A stretch of DNA of 57,402 bases from Anaerolineae bacterium (GTDB taxonomy: Bacteria > Chloroflexota > Anaerolineae > B4-G1 > DUEL01): positions 1-57,402 of the forward strand of contig DAOTWL010000023.1 in NCBI GenBank assembly GCA_034435875.1, written 5' to 3'. The position numbers and the translations under genes were made by a program. Positions 19,856 through 27,663 of this stretch are shown here, in pieces (the first letter of the stretch is position 1; each line of letters opens with the position of its first letter). Under the pieces are notes generated by a model. The model saw only the letters and a list, made by a program, of their open reading frames with translations. It was not told the origin of the DNA and did not search any database.

Positions 19856-20255
19856 CACTTTTGGAGAGCGTTAAAAATTCGCACTAAAGAAAAAATCACT
19901 GCTGATACTGGCAGGAGGCCGATTTTGCCCTCACCCCCCTTATCTCCCCTCCCCCATCGCTGCGCTTGGGGGAGGGGGAGGCCGCAGGGAGGCCGATTTC
20001 CCATCGGCGCTTCGGGCGGCGGGAGGTGAAGAGCCCAATCCAGCCTTAAGTTAACGCTGATGGGGGGGAGGGGGTGGGGCGGGTTTTGCGGCGGCCTTCG
20101 GCCGCCGCAAAACCCCTTCCTACCTCCCCCTCCCCCTCTCCCCAACCTCGTTCGGGAGAGGGGGAGGGGCCAGGGGAGGGGGTGAGGCCTCTGCCGCCGA
20201 AAGCGAGCGGGAGAGGGGCCAGGGGTGAGATGGAGTGAGGGCAAAAAGTGTCACC
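19851..20255. mobile_element. MITE-like block bounded by inverted repeats GGTGACACTTTTGG / CAAAAAGTGTCACC
   Basis: Arms at 19851-19864 and 20242-20255. The interior is entirely G-rich palindromic repeats with no credible ORF. Confidence 0.5.
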
Positions 20256-20359
20256 AATTGTGAACCATCCCAGGATTCGGATTCATTATCCGCATGTTCA
20301 GCCGACGGCTTCTAACCCATGATGCGTACATCTCTGTGGAGCACCATCAGGAGGGAGCG

Positions 20360-21001
20360 ATGACACCGGAAGAACTGGTCCAGAAATTGCACTGGCTGGG
20401 GCACGATAGTTTCCGCCTGGACGGGCCCCCGGTGGTCTACTTTGACCCCTGGAAACTGAGCGGAAAGCCGCCGGTGGCGGATCTGGTCCTGGTGACCCAC
20501 GAACACTTTGACCATTGTTCGCCGGAGGACGTGGCGAGGGTGAGCGGGCCGAATACGGTCATCCTGGCGGGCGGCAACGCGGCCGGACAACTGCGGGGCG
20601 CCCGCGCCGTCCGCCCCGGCGACCGGGTAACAGTGGCGGGGGTGGAGGTGGAAGCGGTCCCGGCCTACAACGTCAACAAATTTCGCGCCCCGGGCCAGCC
20701 CTTCCACCCCAGAAACGCCGGGCATGTGGGCTACGTGGTCACCGTGGAGGGGGTGCGGCTCTACTTCGCCGGAGATACCGACGCCATCCCCGAGATGGCC
20801 CAAATCGCCTGCGACGTGGCCCTCCTGCCCGTGAGCGGGACCTACGTGATGACGGTGGAGGAGGCCGTGGAGGCGGCCCGGACGCTGAATCCGGCCATCG
20901 TCGTCCCCATGCACTACGGGGCCGGCATCGGCACGCCGCAAGACGGGGACCGGTTCGCCGCTCTCTACCCGGGCCGCACGGTGTTGTGGCGCGCAATGTA
21001 G
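20360..21001 (+). CDS. MBL-fold metallo-hydrolase
   Basis: ATG 20360 follows AGGAGGGA. LVLVTHEHFDH motif. Confidence 0.75.
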   Translation: MTPEELVQKLHWLGHDSFRLDGPPVVYFDPWKLSGKPPVADLVLVTHEHFDHCSPEDVARVSGPNTVILAGGNAAGQLRGARAVRPGDRVTVAGVEVEAVPAYNVNKFRAPGQPFHPRNAGHVGYVVTVEGVRLYFAGDTDAIPEMAQIACDVALLPVSGTYVMTVEEAVEAARTLNPAIVVPMHYGAGIGTPQDGDRFAALYPGRTVLWRAM

Positions 21002-21020
21002 GGCAAGGCTTTCCCCTACG

Positions 21021-21200
21021 GCCTCACCCCTCCCCCTCTCCCGAACCCCGTTCGGGAGAGGGGAGGGGGTCAGGGGGTGGGGTGAGGCCCAGGCAGGGCT
21101 TGCCCCTGCCCCATACCGGGCAACCGCAAGGGTCGCCCCGGCGCGCCCCTGCCCGTCGAGGGCAATCCCGAGGGGGCAACCGCAAGGATTACCCCTACGC
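21021..21200. repeat. nested palindromic repeats filling an intergenic region
   Basis: CCTCACCCCTCCCCCTCTCCCGAAC/GTTCGGGAGAGGGGAGGGGG..GGTGAGG (21021-21088), GGCAGGGCTTGCCCCTGCC, and GGGCAACCGCAAGGGTCGCCC. Confidence 0.75.
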
Positions 21201-21215
21201 TGTTACGGAGGTACA

Positions 21216-21491
21216 ATGAGCGATGCGGAAATGCCGGTGACGGCCGAGGCTGCCGTCCCTCCGGTGGAGCCTCGCCGGAAGCGACGCCGCCGGGGGCAGA
21301 TCACTGTTTTTCCCAACTGGTGTAAGGGGTGCGGCCTCTGCGTCGCCTTTTGTCCGATGAAAGTCCTGGAGCAGAACGAGGACGGGCGGGTCATCGTGGC
21401 CTACCCGGAGAAATGCACCGCCTGCCGCTGGTGCGAGTTGCACTGCCCGGACTTCGCCATCTTCGTCACCGAGGTGGAGGGGGAGGAATGA
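21216..21491 (+). CDS. korD: 2-oxoacid:ferredoxin oxidoreductase delta subunit (2x[4Fe-4S] ferredoxin domain)
   Basis: CKGCGLCVAFCP and CTACRWCELHCP cluster motifs. ATGA overlap with the next gene. Confidence 0.75.
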   Translation: MSDAEMPVTAEAAVPPVEPRRKRRRRGQITVFPNWCKGCGLCVAFCPMKVLEQNEDGRVIVAYPEKCTACRWCELHCPDFAIFVTEVEGEE

Positions 21492-22603
21492 GCGCCGTTC
21501 TGATGCAAGGAGACGAGGCCTGTGCGGAAGGTGCCATCGCCGCCGGATGCACCTTCTTCGCCGGATACCCCATTACCCCGGCCACCGAAATCGCCGAGCA
21601 CATGGCCCGCCGTCTGCCCCAGGTAGGCGGCGTCTTCATCCAGATGGAGGACGAGATTGCCTCCATCTCGGCGGTCATCGGCGCGGCGGTGGGCGGGGCC
21701 AAAGCGATGACCGCCACCTCCGGTCCCGGCTTCAGCCTGATGCAGGAGAACATCGGCTACGCGGCTATGGCCGAAATCCCCTGCGTCATCGTGGACGTCC
21801 AGCGGCTGGGCCCCTCCACCGGTCGCCCCACCAGCCCGGCCCAGGGAGACGTGATGCAGGCCCGCTGGGGCACCCACGGCGACCACCCCGTCATCGCCCT
21901 CTCCCCTTCGTCGGTGCGGGAGACCTTTGACCTCACCGTGGCGGCGTTCAACTTCGCCGAGAAGTACCGGACGCCGGTCATCCTGTTGATGGACGAGGTG
22001 ATCGGTCACATGCGGGAGGGGGTGGAACTCCCCGACCCCGCGACCATAGAGCGCGTGGACCGGGCGGAGACGCTGGTCCCGCCGGAGTGGTACAAGCCCT
22101 ACGAGAACCTTCCTTCGGACGTCCCGCCGCTGATCCCCTTCGGGCGGGGGTACCGCTACCACATCACCGGCCTGCACCACGACGAGCGGGGCTATCCGAC
22201 CGAGCGGCCCGATGAAATCGGCCCCTGGCTGGAACGGATTTTCCGCAAAATCCAGCGCAACCTTTCCGACATCCTGCTCTACGAAGAGGACGGGGCAGAG
22301 GACGCGCGGACGCTGGTGGTCGCCTACGGCGCGGCGGCCCGCTCGGCCCGCCACGCGGTGCGGATTGCCCGGCAGCGGGGCCGCAAGGTGGGCTTTCTGA
22401 AGTTGCAGACCATCTGGCCCTTCCCGGAGGAAGTCGTGGAACTGGCGGCTCGCCGCGCCCGTCGGGTCATCGTCCCCGAACTGAATCTGGGCCAACTGGC
22501 GCTGGAGGTGGAGCGGGTCGTCGGTCGGGACCGGGTGCGGCGGGTTAACCGGGCCGACGGCGAGATGATCAAGCCCTCCGACATTCTGGCGGCTATGGCG
22601 TGA
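21488..22603 (+). CDS. korA: 2-oxoacid:ferredoxin oxidoreductase alpha subunit
   Basis: MQGDEACAEGAIAAGCTFFAGYPITPATEI and MEDEIASISAVIGA. 371 aa. Confidence 0.85.
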   Translation: MSAVLMQGDEACAEGAIAAGCTFFAGYPITPATEIAEHMARRLPQVGGVFIQMEDEIASISAVIGAAVGGAKAMTATSGPGFSLMQENIGYAAMAEIPCVIVDVQRLGPSTGRPTSPAQGDVMQARWGTHGDHPVIALSPSSVRETFDLTVAAFNFAEKYRTPVILLMDEVIGHMREGVELPDPATIERVDRAETLVPPEWYKPYENLPSDVPPLIPFGRGYRYHITGLHHDERGYPTERPDEIGPWLERIFRKIQRNLSDILLYEEDGAEDARTLVVAYGAAARSARHAVRIARQRGRKVGFLKLQTIWPFPEEVVELAARRARRVIVPELNLGQLALEVERVVGRDRVRRVNRADGEMIKPSDILAAMA

Positions 22604-22606
22604 TCC

Positions 22607-22641
22607 GTTCGTAGTGAGGCACGGAGCGCAGCGGAGTGCCG
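22607..22641 (+). repeat. single REP unit
   Basis: GTTCGTAGTGAGGCACGGAGCGCAGCGGAGTGCCG, beginning 4 nt after the korA stop. Confidence 0.8.
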
Positions 22642-22674
22642 TATCCTGCTCCGTGCGACCTGCGACCCTGCGAC

Positions 22675-23937
22675 ATGCACATCGGCATTGACTACACCGC
22701 CGCCATCCAGCAGCGGGCGGGAATCGGGAGATATACCCGAGAACTGGTCGGCGCGCTGCTCCGGCTGACCGTTCGAAGTCGGGCACAAAGCGACAGCGGA
22801 GTGCCGGTTCGTAGCCAGGCACGAAGCGATAGCGGAGTGCCGGTTCGTAGTGAGGCACGAAGCGATAGCGGAGTGCCGTACCCGGAAGAGGACTACCGCT
22901 ATACCCTCTTCGCGGCCGCCGGCCGTCCGTTCGTTCGTAGTCAGGCACGAAGCGATAGCGGAGTGCCGTTCGTCCCATCCGTCCGCCTCCGCTTCCTGCC
23001 CATCAGCGACGAGTGGGCCGCCCGCCTCTGGCATCGGGCCCGCCTGCCCATCCCGGTGGAGGTCTTCACGGGCCCGGTGGACCTCTTCTACTCCCCGGAC
23101 TTCGTCCTTCCCCCCACCCGGCCGCGCACCCGGACCCTGCTCACGGTCCACGACCTCTCCTTCCTGCACTACCCGGACCACTTCGTCCCCAAACTGGTGC
23201 GGTATCTGGAGCGGGTGGTGCCGGCGTCGGTGGCCCGGGCCGACCGGGTGCTGGCGGATTCGGAGGCCACCCGCGCCGACCTGATCCGCCTGCTGGGGAC
23301 GCCGCCGGAGAAGGTGGAGGTGCTCTACAGCGGGGTGGACGCCCGCTTCCGCCCGGAGCCGGAACCCGGAGAACGGGAACGGTTGCGGGCCCGCTACGGC
23401 CTGGACCGGCCCTACGTCCTCTCCGTGGGCACGCTCCAGCCGCGCAAGAACTACGTCCGGCTCATCCGCGCCTTTGCCCGCCTCCCGGATACCGGACGGG
23501 TGCTGGTCATCGCCGGCGGCCGGGGCTGGCTCTACGCGTCGGTCCTGGAGGAGGCGGCCCGTCATCCCGACCGGGTGCGGGTCCTGGGGTTTGTGGAGGA
23601 TGAGGACCTGCCCGCCCTCTACCGGGAGGCGGACCTCTTCGTTTTCCCGTCGTTCTACGAGGGGTTCGGGTTGCCGGTTCTGGAGGCGATGGCCTGCGGG
23701 GTGCCAGTGGTCTGCTCGGGGGTTTCCAGTTTGCCGGAGGTGGCGGGGGACGCGGCGCTCCTGGTGGACCCGGAGGACGAAGAAGGGCTGAGTCGGGCCA
23801 TGCAGCGGGCGCTGGAGGATGAGGAACTGCGGGGGGAGATGACGGTGCGAGGGCTGGCGCGCGCCGCTCTGTTCACCTGGGAGCGGGCCGCGCGGCAGTT
23901 GCTGAGGGTCATAGGGGAACGGGCCGGGCGCTTCTGA
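22675..23937 (+). CDS. GT-B fold glycosyltransferase (family 1/4) carrying in-frame REP insertions
   Basis: MHIGIDYTAAIQQRAGIGRYTREL N-terminus. C-terminal domain FPSFYEGFGLPVLEAMACGVPVV (E-x7-E region). Confidence 0.85.
   Translation: MHIGIDYTAAIQQRAGIGRYTRELVGALLRLTVRSRAQSDSGVPVRSQARSDSGVPVRSEARSDSGVPYPEEDYRYTLFAAAGRPFVRSQARSDSGVPFVPSVRLRFLPISDEWAARLWHRARLPIPVEVFTGPVDLFYSPDFVLPPTRPRTRTLLTVHDLSFLHYPDHFVPKLVRYLERVVPASVARADRVLADSEATRADLIRLLGTPPEKVEVLYSGVDARFRPEPEPGERERLRARYGLDRPYVLSVGTLQPRKNYVRLIRAFARLPDTGRVLVIAGGRGWLYASVLEEAARHPDRVRVLGFVEDEDLPALYREADLFVFPSFYEGFGLPVLEAMACGVPVVCSGVSSLPEVAGDAALLVDPEDEEGLSRAMQRALEDEELRGEMTVRGLARAALFTWERAARQLLRVIGERAGRF
22771..22878 (+). repeat. three abutting 36-nt REP units inside the GT4 ORF
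   Basis: Units at 22771, 22807 and 22843 (GTTCG[AT]AG..GGCAC..GTGCCG), translated as VRSRAQSDSGVP/VRSQARSDSGVP/VRSEARSDSGVP. Confidence 0.9.
22933..22968 (+). repeat. fourth 36-nt REP unit inside the GT4 ORF
   Basis: GTTCGTAGTCAGGCACGAAGCGATAGCGGAGTGCCG, translated as VRSQARSDSGVP. Confidence 0.9.
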
Positions 23938-23950
23938 AAGTGCCCGGCCC
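23921..23950. terminator. hairpin between convergent genes; the GT4 stop codon lies in the loop
   Basis: GGGCCGGGC-gcttctgaaagt-GCCCGGCCC, followed by gttcttctc. Confidence 0.5.
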
Positions 23951-23957
23951 GTTCTTC

Positions 23958-24779
23958 TCACCCCAGCATCCGCCGGATGGTCTCCGCCAGACGCTCCACC
24001 TCAAAGGGTTTGCGGATGACCTCCGACACACCGGCCCGGCGGACGCGATCCACTTCCTGGTCCTCGCCGTAGCCGGTGAAGGCGATCACTTTCACGTCGG
24101 GGTTCTGCTGCCGCAGCGCCTCCACCAGCGCCGCACCGCCCATCCCCGGCATCACCACGTCGGTGAGGACCAGGTCCACCTGTTCGGCGGCGTACACTTC
24201 CAGTGCCTCCCGCCCGTCTGCCGCCTCCAGCACCCGGTAGCCCAACTGTTCCAGCACTTTCCGCCCCGCCGCCCGCAGCGCCGGATGGTCCTCCACCAGC
24301 AGAATCATCTCCCCGCGACCGGTGGGCAGGGGGACTTCAGCCGTCGGCCCCAGCGCGGGCGCCTCCTCCGCCACCGCGGGCAGGTAGACCCGGAAGGTCG
24401 TCCCTTTCCCCACCTCCGTCTCCACGCCGATGTGGCCGCCGTGCTGCTGGACGATGCCGTAAACCTGCGCCAGTCCCAGCCCCGTCCCCACGCCCCGGGG
24501 CTTGGTGGTGAAGAACGGCTCAAAGATGTGGGGCAGTACCTCCGGCGGGATGCCCGTACCCGTATCGGCGACCTCTATGCAGACCCACTCCCCGGGCCCC
24601 ATCCCCATCAGTGGCGGCCTCTTCTCCGGCCCCACCGTCAACCGGGAAAGGCCGAGACGAATCTCCCCACCCTCCGGCATCGCGTCCCGCGCGTTGAGGA
24701 CTATGTTGACCACCGCCTGCCGCAGGCGGGTCGGGTCGGCCTGAACGGTGAAGGGCCCCGCCCTGGCCACCAGGCGCAA
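23958..24779 (-). CDS. hybrid histidine-kinase fragment: HATPase_c plus receiver domain, with no HisKA or sensor
   Basis: VQADPTRLRQAVVNIVLNARDAM (N-box), DTGTGIP, GTGLGLA, then REC (ILLVEDHP..LVLTDVVMPGMGG). The frame is closed by TGA ~75 nt upstream. The only start is TTG. Confidence 0.6.
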   Translation of the reverse strand: MRLVARAGPFTVQADPTRLRQAVVNIVLNARDAMPEGGEIRLGLSRLTVGPEKRPPLMGMGPGEWVCIEVADTGTGIPPEVLPHIFEPFFTTKPRGVGTGLGLAQVYGIVQQHGGHIGVETEVGKGTTFRVYLPAVAEEAPALGPTAEVPLPTGRGEMILLVEDHPALRAAGRKVLEQLGYRVLEAADGREALEVYAAEQVDLVLTDVVMPGMGGAALVEALRQQNPDVKVIAFTGYGEDQEVDRVRRAGVSEVIRKPFEVERLAETIRRMLG

Positions 24780-25026
24780 CCGGATGGTCTCCGGAGTGGT
24801 AGAAGCCGCAGATGTGGGAGGCGGGAGGGAAGCGGGGGGTAAAGGATTCAGCCATCTGACTTCTGGTCATTACGCCCCTTTGTTTACGGACGGGATAAAG
24901 CCCGTCCGCCGGCCCCGGTTGGAGGGGCCGGGATTGAGAATAACTTTTTTTCATTATACCACTTTACAGATAAAAGCAAACGGTGCGGGGGTGTGGGGCG
25001 TCTTCTCCCACCGCAGAGGGCGCAGT

Positions 25027-26622
25027 TCACCTCGCCGCCTCCGCCTGTGGGCCGACACGGCCCGACCGCCCCCACACCCGGAGCGTATACCCCCACGGGA
25101 TGAGATACGTCGTCGCCACGGCCATCAGGGTGATGCCCAGGGCGTTCCCCCAGTTGGCCAGATGGGGAATCCAGAACCAGACGAAGCCGTAGACCACGTA
25201 GGAGAAGACCACCGTCAGGCTGAAGAGGCCGGCCTGGAGCGGGGCCTCCGGGCGGGGGAAGAGGGCCGCCAGCGCCACCGCCCAGGTGACGTACCAGGGC
25301 TGGAACCACGGGGTGGCGAAGAGCAGGAGGAAGAGCATCAGATCAAAGGCGTGGCGGAGGACGGCCCCAGGACGCGCCCAGGTCCGGGCCAGTTGGAGGA
25401 TGAAGGCGACGGCGAAGGCGCCCAGCGCGGCCGACTGGGCCATCCTCCCGGCGGCCATTTCGTTCAGCCCGACCAGTCGCAGGGTGAGAGAGAGAACGGC
25501 GGGGAGGGAGTGGGTGAGGAGGCCGGAGCGGGTGGAAAGGTTGGTCAGCGCGTCCAGCGGTCGCGGCAGAGAGAGGTACGCCAGCGCCACCAGCGCGAGG
25601 CTGAGCATTACGGTTGCCAGTAAGCGACGCAGCGAAGCGGAGTCGCGCTGGACCGTTCGTAGTAAGCGACGCAGCGAAGCGGAGTCGCGTTGGACGGCAC
25701 TCCGCTGCGCTTCGTGCCTGACTACGAACGTTGGTGGTAAGCGACGGGGAGAAGCGGAGTCGCGTTGACAGCACTCCCCCGCGCTTCGGGCCCAGGCCGG
25801 CAGGAACAGCGGCAGGAGGGGCACCATCGGGATTTTGACCAGAAAGGAGAGGGTGAGGGCCGCCGTCATCCCCAACGGGCGGCGCCGTTCCCAGAAATAG
25901 ATGCCCAGGAGAGCGAAGGCCATCATCGCCGCGTCGTTGTGGCCGTTGGCGGCGAATTCGTAGAGGACCAGCGGGTTCCAGGCGAAGAAGGCCAGTCCCG
26001 CCGGGGCCAGGTCGGGCTGGCGGCGGCGCAGGACGGCGTAAATCAGCAACGTCTGGGCCAGGTAGGCCGCAATAGCGACGCCCTTAAATCCCAGGAGGTT
26101 CAGCGCCAGGCTCTCCCGCCCCAACACGCCCACCACCAGGGCGCTGATCCAGGTCCATAGGGGGCCGTAGTTGGAAGGAGCCATAAGGTAGGCAGAGTAG
26201 CGGGCGAAGGCCGTATCCGGCAGATGCCCCGGCGGGACCACCAGCGGGTTCTCCCGGTAATAGAACAGTTCCTCCCCATGGGTGACGTAGTCCACCACAT
26301 CCCCCGCGCCGACGGGATAGGTGAGGCTCACCAGCAGTGCCAGCGTCAGGCCGCAGAGGAGAATCAGGGCCGGGGAGACCTGCCGGGGATGGCGGCGGCA
26401 GGTCCGGTAGACCAGAGCGTAGAGGCCGAAGAGGAGCAGGAAGGTCACCAGGAAAGCCAGGGCCGGTAAAGGCTCCCGCCGGGCAATCTCCGGGAAACTG
26501 ATGGGGGTGCGCGCGACGTGGGCGAACAGGGAATAGGGCAGGACCAGCCCGAAGAGGTAAAGGAGGAAAGAGGCCGCGAAGGCGGCGAATATCACCGCTG
26601 GCGGACGGAGACCGGATTTCAT
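25027..26622 (-). CDS. polytopic GT-C-like glycosyltransferase (DUF2029-like) carrying in-frame REP insertions
   Basis: More than 12 hydrophobic segments. YPVGAGDVVDY, NGHNDAAMMAF, and PWFQPWYVTW near the C-terminus. ATGA overlap with the polyprenyl synthase gene. Confidence 0.6.
   Translation of the reverse strand: MKSGLRPPAVIFAAFAASFLLYLFGLVLPYSLFAHVARTPISFPEIARREPLPALAFLVTFLLLFGLYALVYRTCRRHPRQVSPALILLCGLTLALLVSLTYPVGAGDVVDYVTHGEELFYYRENPLVVPPGHLPDTAFARYSAYLMAPSNYGPLWTWISALVVGVLGRESLALNLLGFKGVAIAAYLAQTLLIYAVLRRRQPDLAPAGLAFFAWNPLVLYEFAANGHNDAAMMAFALLGIYFWERRRPLGMTAALTLSFLVKIPMVPLLPLFLPAWARSAGECCQRDSASPRRLPPTFVVRHEAQRSAVQRDSASLRRLLRTVQRDSASLRRLLATVMLSLALVALAYLSLPRPLDALTNLSTRSGLLTHSLPAVLSLTLRLVGLNEMAAGRMAQSAALGAFAVAFILQLARTWARPGAVLRHAFDLMLFLLLFATPWFQPWYVTWAVALAALFPRPEAPLQAGLFSLTVVFSYVVYGFVWFWIPHLANWGNALGITLMAVATTYLIPWGYTLRVWGRSGRVGPQAEAAR
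25618..25790. repeat. 4-5 REP units (mixed orientation) inside the GT-C-like ORF
   Basis: AGTAAGCGACGCAGCGAAGCGGAGTCGCG twice, then CGGCACTCCGCTGCGCTTCGTGCCTGACTACGAACG, GGTAAGCGACGGGGAGAAGCGGAGTCGCG and a partial unit. Translated as QRDSASLRRLL.. / FVVRHEAQRSAV. Confidence 0.85.
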
Positions 26623-27644
26623 CGCTCCCGGAAAGCCAGTTGCCGGACCAGGTCAGCCAGGGCATCGGCGGCGGGACCGCTCAGGCCGGCCTCCCGCAGG
26701 GTCTGGAGCGCGCGGTCGGCCTCCTCCAGCACCCGGGCCTGAGCGGCCTCCCGCGCTCCGGAGCGGTTCAGGAGGAGCATCGCGGCCTGTAGATGGTCCG
26801 AAGAGCAGGCCACATCAGGGAGAAGATGCCGGAGATGGGGCTCGCGGCCCAGGGCGTAGAGGACGGGGAACGTCTTCTTGCCGCGCCGGAGGTCGGAGCC
26901 TACCGGCTTTCCGGTGACGGCGGGGTCACCCCAGATGCCCAGGATGTCGTCCTGAATCTGGAAGGCGATCCCGGCGTGGTAGCCAAAGGCCCGCAGGCGC
27001 CCGAGCACATCGGCGGGGGCGCCCGCGATCAGGGCTCCCAGTTCGCAGGCCGCCGAGAGCAACTCCGCCGTCTTGCGGGCGACCATGAACAGGTAGTCCT
27101 CAACAGAGACGCCGTCCTCCTCCTCAAAGCGCAGGTCCAGAAACTGCCCCTCGGTGAGGCGCAGGCAGGCCGTCAGGAGAATTTGGAGGGCGGAAAGGAC
27201 GGTTGCCGGGGGCACGGCCCGGTCTATCAGCCGGAAGAGGGCCAGCTGGGCCAGGGTGAAGAGAGTATCCCCAGCGTTCAGCGCCTGGGGCACTCCCCAG
27301 ACCGACCAGACGGTGGGCCGGCCGCGCCGGGTACTGTCGCCGTCCTCAATATCGTCGTGGATGAGGGAGAAGTTGTGGATCAGTTCCACGGCGGCGGCAG
27401 CGGGCAGGGCCTGCTCCCATTCCCCGCCGCAGGCTTCGCAGCAGAGGAGGCAGAGGACGGGGCGGATGCGCTTGCCGGTGGGCTGAGGGCCGAGGATGGG
27501 CCGGAATTCCCGGTCCTGCCAACCCAGGTGGTAGCGGAGCATGCCGTACAGGTCGCCGAGGCGGTGTTCCGGGGCCGCCACGACGGCCTGCATCTCCGCC
27601 TCCAGCGCGGGGAGGTAGCGGCGTAGGTGTTCCTGAAACGTCAT
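26619..27644 (-). CDS. polyprenyl diphosphate synthase (trans-isoprenyl type)
   Basis: First DDxxD region LIHDDIEDGDSTRRGRPT. Second region FQIQDDILG. Confidence 0.88.
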   Translation of the reverse strand: MTFQEHLRRYLPALEAEMQAVVAAPEHRLGDLYGMLRYHLGWQDREFRPILGPQPTGKRIRPVLCLLCCEACGGEWEQALPAAAAVELIHNFSLIHDDIEDGDSTRRGRPTVWSVWGVPQALNAGDTLFTLAQLALFRLIDRAVPPATVLSALQILLTACLRLTEGQFLDLRFEEEDGVSVEDYLFMVARKTAELLSAACELGALIAGAPADVLGRLRAFGYHAGIAFQIQDDILGIWGDPAVTGKPVGSDLRRGKKTFPVLYALGREPHLRHLLPDVACSSDHLQAAMLLLNRSGAREAAQARVLEEADRALQTLREAGLSGPAADALADLVRQLAFRER

Positions 27645-27663
27645 CCTTCGGGCCCCCGTCGCG

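Noticed and set aside
22604-22674. A search for a korB start, or a frameshifted korB, downstream of korA.
   Set aside because: Only a REP unit and the 5' end of the GT4 gene are present. No TPP-binding (GDG..N) motif appears in any frame through 23937.
22771-22878. Three regularly spaced 36-nt direct repeats looked CRISPR-like at first.
   Set aside because: The units abut with no spacers and lie inside an open glycosyltransferase ORF. They belong to the dispersed REP family found in both orientations elsewhere. No cas genes or leader are present.
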